In this document: positions 1 to 9,236 of the stretch, piece by piece | Layout of the letters: every line of letters begins with the position of its first letter | Numbering within the stretch: position 1 is the stretch's first letter | Assembly (NCBI GenBank): GCA_022771205.1 | Contig: JALFCF010000005.1 | Location: 90,399 to 154,398, forward strand | Reading direction: 5' to 3' | Length of the DNA: 64,000 nt | From: Mycoplasmatota bacterium | Lineage (GTDB): Bacteria; Bacillota_I; Bacilli_A; RF39; UBA660 | The notes under the pieces: generated by a model | What the model saw: the letters and a program-made list of their open reading frames with translations, nothing else | What the model was told of the DNA's origin: nothing | The model's database searches: none | Program-made: the position numbers and the translations under genes

Positions 1-214
1 TGCCTAATACTCCATAACCACATCCCATATCCAGAATTTTGCCTCCAACCTCTTCTTGCGGGATTACTTCAAGAAGAAGTCTACTGCCAAAATCCAAACC
101 GTCTTTCGAAAACACACCATTATCGGTTAAAAATTTAAAATGTTGATTTAAAACCACACATGTGGTTTCTTTTATATCGCTAGGTAACTGCTCGTTCGTA
201 AAATAATGCCCCAT
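1..214 (-). CDS. SAM-dependent methyltransferase, YbxB/RsmC-like (3' part beyond window edge)
   Basis: ATG at 214..212 behind an AGAGGGG SD. The translation [50 protein letters not shown]...[13 protein letters not shown] carries the VFS-x-D-x-G and DxGCGxG motifs of the small methyltransferase that follows rplL in Bacillus. It is absent from the ORF track because there is no in-window stop. Confidence 0.5.
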   Translation of the reverse strand, partial: MGHYFTNEQLPSDIKETTCVVLNQHFKFLTDNGVFSKDGLDFGSRLLLEVIPQEEVGGKILDMGCGYGVLG

Positions 215-344
215 CTTATCCCCTCTAAACAAAAAAGAAGGAGAAAACTTGTACATTCCAATAAGTTTTCTCCCTTTCGTAAACATATAATACACGAAAT
301 GTGATGTTTTGTCAAATAATTTTTTAAATTTTGACAAAATTTTA

Positions 345-1058
345 CTAATAATTTCCTGTTTCCTGCAATAACGTTGCTAAATCATAAAGGTTTCCATCTT
401 CATCCTGTGCTAATATAGTAACACTACTACCCATTTGTGATAAAGAATTAGCAGAATAAAATTTAACAATATTTGAAATTCCAGATAAAGTTCCATATGA
501 TTTTAAATTTTCATGATCAGTAGAATAAGCTTTTTTTAATGGTAAATATTGAACAGTACCGTCTTCCAACAAAAATAACAATGTATCACCAGAAACATCT
601 TGTCCAATACCACCAAAGAAAATATCAACTACCTTCTGTTCAAATACTATCTCATGTGGCTCATAAGTATAATCATCATTAGAAGTAACCCAACCAAGTC
701 TATAATTTTGACTAATCAAATAATGATTAATAGATACAGTAACTTTGGTCTGACTACTATCTAAATAAATATTAGTACCGGAAGCATGAGATGGAACAGT
801 TAATGTATAGCCTTCAGCTGAAGCATTTACAACTTTACTAGAATCAAAAATATAATTATTTTTTTCTATTTCAGATGTTGTCTGATCAGATATTTTATTT
901 TTGCTATCCTTACTTTGAACTTTAGCAGATTCAAAAATTAAAATTTTTTGTGAATATAAAACATAAAAAATTCCACAAGATAATACTATTCCTATAAAAA
1001 CGCCTATAATTCCATACAAAAATATATGATTTTTTTTCTTTTGATTATCTACTTCCAT
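345..1058 (-). CDS. hypothetical membrane-anchored (N-terminal TM) extracytoplasmic protein
   Basis: ORF with ATG at 1058 behind an AGGAG SD. A single hydrophobic helix ([24 protein letters not shown]) is followed by a Ser/Thr-rich soluble domain. I recognise no family. Confidence 0.45.
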   Translation of the reverse strand: MEVDNQKKKNHIFLYGIIGVFIGIVLSCGIFYVLYSQKILIFESAKVQSKDSKNKISDQTTSEIEKNNYIFDSSKVVNASAEGYTLTVPSHASGTNIYLDSSQTKVTVSINHYLISQNYRLGWVTSNDDYTYEPHEIVFEQKVVDIFFGGIGQDVSGDTLLFLLEDGTVQYLPLKKAYSTDHENLKSYGTLSGISNIVKFYSANSLSQMGSSVTILAQDEDGNLYDLATLLQETGNY

Positions 1059-1105
1059 AAACACACTCCTATTCTATAAATAGAATAACATAAATGCCAA
1101 AATTT

Positions 1106-1570
1106 TTATATAGCTTTTTTACAATAATATTCCAAAATTTTTATCAAAAAATTCCATGGACCAATTTTTCTAGTAATACATTTATAATCATCATTAACCA
1201 TATTAAGAATATCATTCAAACTAAAGAATTTAACTTCAGAAACTTCTTCGGTTTGTAACACAATTTCAGATAAATCAACATTTTTAGTAATAATATAGCA
1301 TTCATTAAAATGTTTATTAATATAAGCACTACTAGTATCAATGGAAGTAGAACCAACTAAATATTTAATCTCATCATCACTAACTTCAAGCCTAAGTTCT
1401 TCCCTAACTTCTCTAATTAGCGCTTCTCTACCAAATTCTCCAGTCAAAACATGACCACCAACTGTAACATCCCACATATCAGGCCACCGTTTCTTATTAC
1501 AACTACGCCTTTGCAACAATATATCACCTTCATTATTAATGATAAAAGCATATACTGCTCTATGCCACAA
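1106..1570 (-). CDS. NUDIX hydrolase (YfcD-like); conserved N-terminus interrupted by an in-frame TAA, so possibly a pseudogene
   Basis: The Nudix box GGHVLTGEFGREALIREVREELRLE is present. The ORF as tracked starts at TTG. The upstream in-frame sequence encodes M-E-stop-KFDVLNEWGEFTGKIATKSQCHKEGLWHRAV, which is the conserved family N-terminus. Confidence 0.6.
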   Translation of the reverse strand: MWHRAVYAFIINNEGDILLQRRSCNKKRWPDMWDVTVGGHVLTGEFGREALIREVREELRLEVSDDEIKYLVGSTSIDTSSAYINKHFNECYIITKNVDLSEIVLQTEEVSEVKFFSLNDILNMVNDDYKCITRKIGPWNFLIKILEYYCKKAI

Positions 1571-1696
1571 TCCTTCTTTATGACATTGACTTTTTGTTGC
1601 AATTTTACCAGTAAATTCTCCCCATTCATTTAATACATCAAATTTTTATTCCATAATACCATCTCTATAATTAATACAATTTTAACATAAGCAGTC

Positions 1697-1725
1697 AAAA
1701 AAAAAGAAGTTAATTACTTAACTTC
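1697..1725 (-). terminator. intrinsic terminator after rplL
   Basis: Hairpin GAAGTTAA-TTAC-TTAACTTC overlapping the rplL stop codon, followed on the minus strand by a 9-nt U run. Confidence 0.5.
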
Positions 1726-2082
1726 TACAGTAGCTCCAGCTTCTTCAAGCTTAGCTTTAATTTCATCAGCTTCAGTAGTAGAAATGTTTTCTTTAACAGC
1801 ACCATTGTTGTCAACGATATCTTTAGATTCTTTTAATCCTAATCCAGTGATTTCTTTAACAACTTTGATAACAGCAACTTTAGCAGCTCCAGCATCAGCG
1901 ATAGATACTGTAACAGTACTTGGTGCAGCATCAGCAGCAGCTCCAGCAGCAGGTGCAGCAACAGCTACAGCAGATGGATCAACACCAAATTCTTCTTTCA
2001 TTGCATCTACTAATTCTTTAATTTCTAATAAATTCATTTCTTTTAAACTACTGATAAAATCTTCTTTAGTTAATTTAGCCAT
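1714..2082 (-). CDS. rplL: 50S ribosomal protein L7/L12
   Basis: [34 protein letters not shown]..., a typical L7/L12 with an Ala-rich hinge. Confidence 0.92.
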   Translation of the reverse strand: MAKLTKEDFISSLKEMNLLEIKELVDAMKEEFGVDPSAVAVAAPAAGAAADAAPSTVTVSIADAGAAKVAVIKVVKEITGLGLKESKDIVDNNGAVKENISTTEADEIKAKLEEAGATVEVK

Positions 2083-2116
2083 TTTATTTCCTCCTTATTT
2101 TATATTTACTTTATTA

Positions 2117-2611
2117 TTAATTCTCTTCTTTTTGTTGACTATATAAGTCTAAAGCGATTGCTAAATCTCTTGGAATAGCCATCATACCACCAGCAAGCAT
2201 AGTAAGTAATCCTTCTCTTGATGGTATAGTAGCATATTCAGCTAATTTAGCTTGATCTGCTTTTTCTCCATCTACAATCCCTACTTTTAAAACTAATGCT
2301 GGATGATCTTTAGCAAACTCTGACAATACCTTAATTGGTGCAATTTGATCTTCACCAAAAGCAAATGCACTAGGTCCGTTTAATGATTCATTTAAATCAA
2401 TATCTAAATCATTAAATGCACGAGCCATCAAAGTATTTTTATATACTTTATAATCTGAATTAGATTCTCTTAATTTAACACGTAATTCTTTTGCTTCACT
2501 ATCAGTAATACCACGATAATCGAATAAGACAATAGTTTTAGCATTTTGAACACGTTCCTTAATTTCATCTATAACTACTTGCTTTTGCTTTAAGATTGCT
2601 TCACTTGCCAT
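2117..2611 (-). CDS. rplJ: 50S ribosomal protein L10
   Basis: L10 homology. Start corrected to ATG at 2611 (MASEAILKQKQ...) behind an AAGGAGG SD; the 17 codons before it in the ORF track are leader read-through. Confidence 0.85.
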   Translation of the reverse strand: MASEAILKQKQVVIDEIKERVQNAKTIVLFDYRGITDSEAKELRVKLRESNSDYKVYKNTLMARAFNDLDIDLNESLNGPSAFAFGEDQIAPIKVLSEFAKDHPALVLKVGIVDGEKADQAKLAEYATIPSREGLLTMLAGGMMAIPRDLAIALDLYSQQKEEN

Positions 2612-2769
2612 CAAAACACCTCCTTCATATTTAGGGATGCCATAAAAAAGGTTCTCGAGCAACCGAGAACCTTCTTATATTCACTTAAGATTAAGTCCTC
2701 GGTAGGATTTATTTTTGTACCTACTGTCTATGGCACCTACAAATTGTCTTTATTATACCCTATAACTTA
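2612..2769 (-). promoter_or_regulatory. rplJ (L10) leader with attenuator-like hairpin
   Basis: 158-nt untranslated gap between rplA and rplJ contains the hairpin GGTTCTCGGTTGCTCGAGAACC followed by a U run. Its position matches the autoregulatory L10(L12)4 leader of Firmicutes. Confidence 0.4.
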
Positions 2770-3465
2770 CTATTTGTCAAAATTATTTTCAACTTTAATT
2801 CCAGGACCCATAGTTGAAGCTATAGAAATACTCTTAACATAATCACCTTTTACTGTTGCTGGCTTAACTCTTAAAATAGCTGATACGAAAGCATTTAAGT
2901 TTTCCATCAAATCTTCTTCAGAGAATGAAACCTTACCAATAACTCCGTGAATAATTCCGAAACTATCAGCACGATATTCAACACGTCCAGCTTTAACTTC
3001 TTGAACAGCTTTAGCAACATCTAAAGTAACAGTTCCAGTTTTAGGGTTAGGCATTAATCCTTTTGGTCCTAAAACTCTACCTAATTTACCAAGAAGAGGC
3101 ATCATATCAGGAGTAGCAATCATAGTATCAAAATCGAACCAATTTTCTTTTTCGATTTTTTCTAACATATCAACATCTCCAACATAATCAGCACCAGCTT
3201 CTTTTGCTTGATTAGCCTTTTCTCCTTTTGCAATAACTAAAACTTTTGTAGTTTTACCAGTTCCTTTAGGAAGTACAATAGCACCTCTTAATTGTTGGTC
3301 AGCTTTTTTAGTATCAATATTTAATCTGATAGCAACTTCAACTGTACCATCAAAAGAACTAGTAGAAGTTTCTTTAACTAACTTAACAGCTTCTTCTTTA
3401 GTATATGCTTTATTACGTTCTACTTTAGACATAGCTTCTGTATATTTCTTACTTCTCTTTTTCAT
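2770..3465 (-). CDS. rplA: 50S ribosomal protein L1
   Basis: [26 protein letters not shown]..., L1 family. Confidence 0.9.
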   Translation of the reverse strand: MKKRSKKYTEAMSKVERNKAYTKEEAVKLVKETSTSSFDGTVEVAIRLNIDTKKADQQLRGAIVLPKGTGKTTKVLVIAKGEKANQAKEAGADYVGDVDMLEKIEKENWFDFDTMIATPDMMPLLGKLGRVLGPKGLMPNPKTGTVTLDVAKAVQEVKAGRVEYRADSFGIIHGVIGKVSFSEEDLMENLNAFVSAILRVKPATVKGDYVKSISIASTMGPGIKVENNFDK

Positions 3466-3532
3466 CTTTATTCCTCCTTACGTGGTAATAGCGGTTAAAA
3501 CCTTCCACATAGGTATAACCTACATAGAACAA

Positions 3533-3970
3533 TTACTTATCTGTATAACCAGGGATTGAAATACCCATATTTTTAGCAGTACCAGCAACAATCTTCATTG
3601 CAGCTTCTACATCATAAGCATTTAAATCTGGTAATTTGATCTCAGCAATTTCTCTTAATTGATCTTCAGTTAATGTAGCAACAACTTCATTAGCTCCTTT
3701 AACTGCACCTTTATTGATTTTTGCATATTTTTTAAGTAAAAATGCAACTGGTGGAGTTTTAATTACAAAATCAAAACTTCTATCATCATAAATTGAAATT
3801 TCTACTGGTAAAATATCTCCCATCTTATCTCTAGTAGCATCATTATACTTAGTACAAAAATCTTGTAAATTAATTCCTGCAGGTCCTAAAACTGTTCCAA
3901 CTGGTGGAGCTGGTGTAGCTTTTCCTGCTGGGATTTGTAATTTAATCTTCTTTATTGCTTCCTTTGCCAC
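3533..3970 (-). CDS. rplK: 50S ribosomal protein L11
   Basis: L11 homology (KLQIPAGKATPAPPVGTVLGPAGIN). Start set to the second GTG at 3970, 9 nt after AGGAGG; the first GTG abuts the SD. Confidence 0.88.
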   Translation of the reverse strand: MAKEAIKKIKLQIPAGKATPAPPVGTVLGPAGINLQDFCTKYNDATRDKMGDILPVEISIYDDRSFDFVIKTPPVAFLLKKYAKINKGAVKGANEVVATLTEDQLREIAEIKLPDLNAYDVEAAMKIVAGTAKNMGISIPGYTDK

Positions 3971-4122
3971 GAAAAACACCTCCTATAATTTTAGTTTTCG
4001 CGAGTGGTCCAAATAGCTTGATTCCCGCTTTCATAAATGCAAACCATGCTTCCCACTAAATCTATATTAATTTCAATATAGCCCCTAAATAATAACATAT
4101 AAATTATATTTTTGCAACTATT

Positions 4123-4656
4123 TTATGCTTTTTGAATTTGATTTAATTCAACTTCTACAGAAGTCTCTTGTCCAAACAAATCAACAAGCAACATAACTTT
4201 TTGATTTGGAACATCAACACTATCAATCTTACCAAACATTCCATTAAATGGTCCGTCAACAATTTTAACAGTAGCACCCTCTACTAAATCAGTATCAACA
4301 TCCATACGACTAATTCCCATATTACCAAGAATTTTATCAACTTCATATGGTTGTAAAGGAGTAGGCTTAGCACCTTTACCACTAGATCCAATGAATCCTG
4401 TTACACCAGGTGTATTACGAACAACATACCAAGCTTCATCTGTCATAACCATTTCAACCAGAATATAACCAGGAAACATCTTTTTTACTTTTTCTTTACG
4501 TACACCATCTTTATCTTCAATGACTTTTTCTTCAGGAATAACAACTCTAAAAATATAATCTTGCATATCCATAGATTCAGCACGCATTTCCAATTTTTCT
4601 TTTACCTTATTCTCATGTCCAGAATAAGTATTAACAACATACCATTGTTTATCCAT
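4123..4656 (-). CDS. nusG: transcription termination/antitermination factor NusG
   Basis: NGN and KOW domains (WYVVNTYSGHENKVKEKLE ... GATVKIVDGPFNGMFGKI). Confidence 0.9.
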   Translation of the reverse strand: MDKQWYVVNTYSGHENKVKEKLEMRAESMDMQDYIFRVVIPEEKVIEDKDGVRKEKVKKMFPGYILVEMVMTDEAWYVVRNTPGVTGFIGSSGKGAKPTPLQPYEVDKILGNMGISRMDVDTDLVEGATVKIVDGPFNGMFGKIDSVDVPNQKVMLLVDLFGQETSVEVELNQIQKA

Positions 4657-4670
4657 AATTAAAACTCCTT

Positions 4671-5009
4671 TTATCTAAATAATGATTGAACTAATGCAAA
4701 AATAATATCAATGACGTAAAAAAATAAAGAACAAAAAACGATAAATAAAACAGTAGCAACAGAATATTTAAGCATATCTTTTTTTGTTGGCCAATGAACT
4801 TTTTTTGTTTCTGATTTCACACCATGGCAAAAAATACGAAATCTTACCCATAAGCTTTTCTTTTCTTCAGAAGAAGATTTAACCAAAGTATCTTTATGGT
4901 TTTCTTTTTTCTTACTATTTTTGCTTTGCTTGTTTTTTTCATTTTTATGAAACTGAGTTTCATCAATTTTATAGTTTTCTACTTCTTTTCTTTTTCTAAC
5001 TTCAGCCAT
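4671..5009 (-). CDS. secE: preprotein translocase subunit SecE with Lys/Glu-rich N-terminal extension
   Basis: C-terminal KKVHWPTKKDMLKYSVATVLFIVFCSLFFYVIDIIF matches the SecE TM core. Its position upstream of nusG is the expected one. Confidence 0.65.
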   Translation of the reverse strand: MAEVRKRKEVENYKIDETQFHKNEKNKQSKNSKKKENHKDTLVKSSSEEKKSLWVRFRIFCHGVKSETKKVHWPTKKDMLKYSVATVLFIVFCSLFFYVIDIIFALVQSLFR

Positions 5010-5110
5010 ATTTCACCATTCCTATTTTTTATCAAAATAAAAACACTTTCCGTGTTCACCATTAAAATAGCATAAACACTAGAAAATGTCAACAATTAAA
5101 TAAAATTATA

Positions 5111-5953
5111 TTATCTAAATAAATAAGATAAAAACAAAATAACAAAACCTAATACAAACACTAATATTGGATAGATTAAAGCCCTAGCAAAAGCAGCTTC
5201 TTTTTTTACTAAACTAGCATAAATAAGTTCATTAGCCTCTTCATTTTGTGGAAGAAAATCTTCTGCAGTATAAGCAGAACCATTAGTCTTAACTAATCTT
5301 TTTCCACTACTATTATTTTCTCCAGAAGAAACTTCTTTTTCTAAATTTTGTAAATCTCTTTTCTTACGTTCACCAACATAAGCACTATAATAAACAGATG
5401 CACCCTTTTCAATGATGCCAGAATAATACGGAACATCTTCGAGAGGCAAAAAAATTGTAAATTGTTGAAAATTATCCTTAATAGCAGGTATTGTATTCAT
5501 TGTAAAATGTTGCAAACATTTGGCATAAAGACCAATATGTAAAACAGATGCCATAAAGATATTATCACGAACAACTTGCTTCTGTTGAGAAATATCATAT
5601 GGTAATGGTGCTAATTCCTGAAATTGAATTTGTCTAATTGAATGATTTAATAATGATATTCTATCAAGAGCAAAAGAGGAGATATAATACCCTTGATCAT
5701 GAATATATTTCATAGCAATATCCATATTAACAAACAAATTCTGTAACTGATTATTAGTACGATAACTCTGCAACCATTCATTCAAAGTAATTGAATCAAT
5801 CTCTTTATGACGAAATGGAATAATTTTTGATGACTTTAAATTTTTGAAACTATCATCTGAAGAAAAAGATTGATCACCATTTACCCCATCAAAATAAGGA
5901 ACAGTTGGAATCTGTTCTTTTGTATTTACTCGCAATTGCTCCTGTCCTATCAT
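5111..5953 (-). CDS. hypothetical protein with C-terminal TM anchor, immediately downstream of sigH
   Basis: 280-aa ORF that ends in the hydrophobic helix LIYPILVFVLGFVILFLSYLF. It occupies the slot where Bacillus has yacP/rpmGB. I recognise no family. Confidence 0.5.
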   Translation of the reverse strand: MIGQEQLRVNTKEQIPTVPYFDGVNGDQSFSSDDSFKNLKSSKIIPFRHKEIDSITLNEWLQSYRTNNQLQNLFVNMDIAMKYIHDQGYYISSFALDRISLLNHSIRQIQFQELAPLPYDISQQKQVVRDNIFMASVLHIGLYAKCLQHFTMNTIPAIKDNFQQFTIFLPLEDVPYYSGIIEKGASVYYSAYVGERKKRDLQNLEKEVSSGENNSSGKRLVKTNGSAYTAEDFLPQNEEANELIYASLVKKEAAFARALIYPILVFVLGFVILFLSYLFR

Positions 5954-5997
5954 ATTCTATTCACCTATTATCATTTTAAAACAAACATACATTTTTT

Positions 5998-6597
5998 TCA
6001 ATTTAAATTATAGTTTTCTATTACTTTTTTCAAAAATTTTCGAGCTTTACAAATTTTAGATTCAACAGAAGAAAGATTTAAATCTAAAAGTTCTGCAATT
6101 TCCTTATTAGAAAAACCATTATATCTCATTTCAAAAACACATCTAGTTTCTAGATCTAACATATAAGACGATAAAAAAATACACTCGATTAATTCCTTAG
6201 AAGTAGAATTACAAAATTCTCCAAAAAAAGTATGATCTGGAATAATATTTAAAGAATAATCACTATCAGAAATAGAAAAATTTAAATTTTGATGTTTTAG
6301 TGCAGAAAGGGATCTACAATAAGTTCTAATAGTTCTTTCAATACATACAGTAGCAAATGTATAAAATATAGTATTATTATCATTACGATAATTAACGATT
6401 GCACTATTTAATCCAATATATCCCTCTTGTATCAAATCTTGATATTCCGCACCACATCGACTAGCAAAATTAAAATATTTACTAGCAATTGATTTAATGA
6501 TAGGTAAATACTTTTGATATAAAATATCATAACTGACATCCATATTTTCACTAATCAAATATAATAACTCATAATCATTAACATTTTTATAATCCAA
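5998..6597 (-). CDS. sigH: SigH-like sigma-70 family factor (region 2 + region 4)
   Basis: YQDLIQEGYIGLNSAIVNY (region 2) and IAELLDLNLSSVESKICKARKFLKK (region 4 HTH). It sits in the conserved cysS-mrnC-rlmB-sigH-secE-nusG position. Confidence 0.7.
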   Translation of the reverse strand: MDYKNVNDYELLYLISENMDVSYDILYQKYLPIIKSIASKYFNFASRCGAEYQDLIQEGYIGLNSAIVNYRNDNNTIFYTFATVCIERTIRTYCRSLSALKHQNLNFSISDSDYSLNIIPDHTFFGEFCNSTSKELIECIFLSSYMLDLETRCVFEMRYNGFSNKEIAELLDLNLSSVESKICKARKFLKKVIENYNLN

Positions 6598-6605
6598 AAT
6601 AACCT

Positions 6606-7304
6606 CTACTTTCTATTTCGGATTACCTCATATATCATAATTCCACTAGCAACAGATGCATTTAAGCTATTAGTTCTCCCATACATTGGAATTTTTGCAA
6701 TAAAGTCACACTTTTTTCTTACTAAATTTGAAATTCCAGAACCCTCATTACCGATAACTAAAGCTATTTTCCCAGAATAATCGATAGTACGATAATCAGC
6801 ACTATCTTCTAATGCTGTTCCAACTACCCAGAAGTTTTGCTTTTTCAAATAATCAATAGTAGAAGATAAATTTGCAACCTGAGAAATTTTCATAGAATCA
6901 AGAGTTCCTACACTAGTCTTCATCACAGTAGCAGTAACGCCTACTTGCCTATCTTTTGGAATAATAATACCATCCACTCCAGCAGCTTCACAGGTTCTAA
7001 TGATTGCACCAAAATTATGTGGGTCTTCTAAATGATCTAAAATCACCAAAAAAGAAGCTTCTTCATTGACAATAGACATTAATGGATAATACTGGTAATC
7101 TCGAACATATAAAATTATACCTTGATGAACACCTTCTGCCAAACGATCAATTTCCTTTTTTGACTTAATAAAAACAGGTATTTTACTACTTTCTAATAAA
7201 GAAAGAATTTTTTTGTCATCAAATCCATCTTGCAATAACACTTTTTGAACCTTTTTAGGATTTTTTAACATTTCTAAAGCAACATTTCTACCATATACTA
7301 ACAT
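6606..7304 (-). CDS. rlmB: 23S rRNA (Gm2251) 2'-O-methyltransferase, TrmH/SpoU family
   Basis: MLVYGRNVALEMLKN N-terminus and the SpoU methylase motifs (VLDHLEDPHNFGAIIRT, LVIGNEGSGIS). Confidence 0.75.
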   Translation of the reverse strand: MLVYGRNVALEMLKNPKKVQKVLLQDGFDDKKILSLLESSKIPVFIKSKKEIDRLAEGVHQGIILYVRDYQYYPLMSIVNEEASFLVILDHLEDPHNFGAIIRTCEAAGVDGIIIPKDRQVGVTATVMKTSVGTLDSMKISQVANLSSTIDYLKKQNFWVVGTALEDSADYRTIDYSGKIALVIGNEGSGISNLVRKKCDFIAKIPMYGRTNSLNASVASGIMIYEVIRNRK

Positions 7305-7711
7305 ATATTATCCTCCAAAATAAAATTCATAATTTCATCAATTCTTTCTTTATTATTTTCCATATCCAGATAGCCAATTAATGCTTCTAATCCAGTTGCA
7401 TATTTATAAGTTACAATATCACAACTTTTTGGATGAGATGTAGTTTTATAATTTCTAGCCCTTTTTACAATACTTATCTCTCCATCTGATAAAAAGTTAG
7501 AATTCATCATTTTTTTCAAAAAAGTTGCTTGACTTTTAGCACTAACGTATTTTACAGCTTGTTTCTGTAATTCATCTACATGAGTATATCCTCGACCAAT
7601 CAAAAACTTGCGCACATAATTTTCATAAATAGTATCACCAAGATAAGCAAGTACTAAAGAATTAACACCTATTGTATTCAAAATAATCACCACCACTAAT
7701 ATAAAAATCAT
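7298..7711 (-). CDS. mrnC: Mini-ribonuclease 3
   Basis: NSLVLAYLGDTIYENYVRKFL RNase III-like signature; about 137 aa; located between cysS and rlmB. Confidence 0.7.
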   Translation of the reverse strand: MIFILVVVIILNTIGVNSLVLAYLGDTIYENYVRKFLIGRGYTHVDELQKQAVKYVSAKSQATFLKKMMNSNFLSDGEISIVKRARNYKTTSHPKSCDIVTYKYATGLEALIGYLDMENNKERIDEIMNFILEDNIC

Positions 7712-7795
7712 ATAAAAAACATCACTTCAAACTGTTTATAACAACAAAAGAAATATTCTTTAATCATCCAAATAAGGCATACTCCTTATGCCTTA

Positions 7796-9184
7796 TTATA
7801 GAAGTTCATACGTAGTTCCTTCTCTACTATCTACTAAACGAATTCCCTCTTGTAACAAATTATCTCGAATAGCATCCGCTAAAGAAAAATCTTTATTTTT
7901 TTTAGCCTCTGCTCTTTTTTCAATTTGCTCTAATATATATTTTTCATTGGCTGCTGACTTTTTTACTTGAATCAAATCCAAAGATAATACTTGATCAAAT
8001 TTTTTAATTATAGCAAGTTTACTTTTACCAGAAAGATTGTTATCTTTTAAAGCTTCATACAAAACAGAAAGTGCATTAGCAGTATTCAAGTCATCTTCTA
8101 GCTCTAAAACAAACTTATCACAATAGCTAGCTATTAAAATATCATTTCGCTCTCCATCATCATTTATAGAAGAAATACGGTTACGTAATTTCTTCAAAGT
8201 AGTATAAGCTTGATCTAAAGCTTCATAAGAAAAAACTAATTGTTTTCTATAATGAGAATTTAAACACATAAAACGAAAAGCTAATGGATCATAACCTTTA
8301 TCTTTTAATGCAGTAACAGTTAAAATTGCTCCATGAGACTTGCTCATCTTTCCTGTTTCATCTAGTAAATGTTCATTATGAAACCAATATTTACACCAAG
8401 GATGCCCCAAATAAGCTTCACTTTGTGCTATTTCATTAGTATGATGTGGAAAAATATTGTCAACACCACCACCATGAATATCAAGATACTCACCTAAATA
8501 TTTAATGGAAATACCACTACATTCAATATGCCAACCAGGATATCCTCGTCCCCAGGGAGAATCCCATAATAACTCATGATTTTCAAACTTGCTAGTAGTA
8601 AACCATAAAACAAAATCCGCTTGATTTTTCTTGTTGTTATCTTCTTCTACACCTTCCCTAGCTCCAACAACCATATTATCTTCTTGATGATTTGTTAATA
8701 CATAATAATCAGGCAACTTTGTAGTATCAAAATAAACATTTCCACCAGATAAATAAGCATATTTTTTTTCTATCAAAGTAGAAATAATTTTAATATATTC
8801 ATCAATGTTTTGTGTAGCAGGCGAAACAATCTCTGGCATTTTACAATTGACTAATTTAAAATCTTCAAAAAACGCATCAGTATAAAATTTTGCTATTTCT
8901 AGAGCAGATTTATGTTCTCTTTTTCTAGCAACTTCCATCTTATCTTCACCAGAATCTGAATCACTAGTCAAATGTCCAACATCTGTAATATTCATAGCGC
9001 GAACTACATCATAACCAAGAAGACGTAAAGTTTTGTCCAACACATCATGACCTATATAATTACGAATATTTCCAATATGAGCATAATGATAAACGGTAGG
9101 CCCACATGTATACATTTTTACTTTTCCCTCTTCATAAGGAACAAAATCTTCTATTTTTCTAGTTAAAGTATTATAAAGTTTCAT
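7796..9184 (-). CDS. cysS: cysteine--tRNA ligase
   Basis: Class I HIGH (HIGN) and KMSKS motifs, Cys-binding CGPTVY. Confidence 0.92.
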   Translation of the reverse strand: MKLYNTLTRKIEDFVPYEEGKVKMYTCGPTVYHYAHIGNIRNYIGHDVLDKTLRLLGYDVVRAMNITDVGHLTSDSDSGEDKMEVARKREHKSALEIAKFYTDAFFEDFKLVNCKMPEIVSPATQNIDEYIKIISTLIEKKYAYLSGGNVYFDTTKLPDYYVLTNHQEDNMVVGAREGVEEDNNKKNQADFVLWFTTSKFENHELLWDSPWGRGYPGWHIECSGISIKYLGEYLDIHGGGVDNIFPHHTNEIAQSEAYLGHPWCKYWFHNEHLLDETGKMSKSHGAILTVTALKDKGYDPLAFRFMCLNSHYRKQLVFSYEALDQAYTTLKKLRNRISSINDDGERNDILIASYCDKFVLELEDDLNTANALSVLYEALKDNNLSGKSKLAIIKKFDQVLSLDLIQVKKSAANEKYILEQIEKRAEAKKNKDFSLADAIRDNLLQEGIRLVDSREGTTYELL

Positions 9185-9236
9185 AAAATCACCTACTACT
9201 AGTATATCATACAGAAAATAGAAAAAACACAGTATT

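Noticed and set aside
1444-1629. Considered whether the 61-aa minus-strand ORF overlapping the NUDIX 5' end indicates a frameshift that restores the N-terminus
   Set aside because: The conserved NUDIX N-terminal peptide is in the same frame as the main ORF and is interrupted only by a single TAA codon. The overlapping ORF is in another frame and encodes low-complexity sequence.
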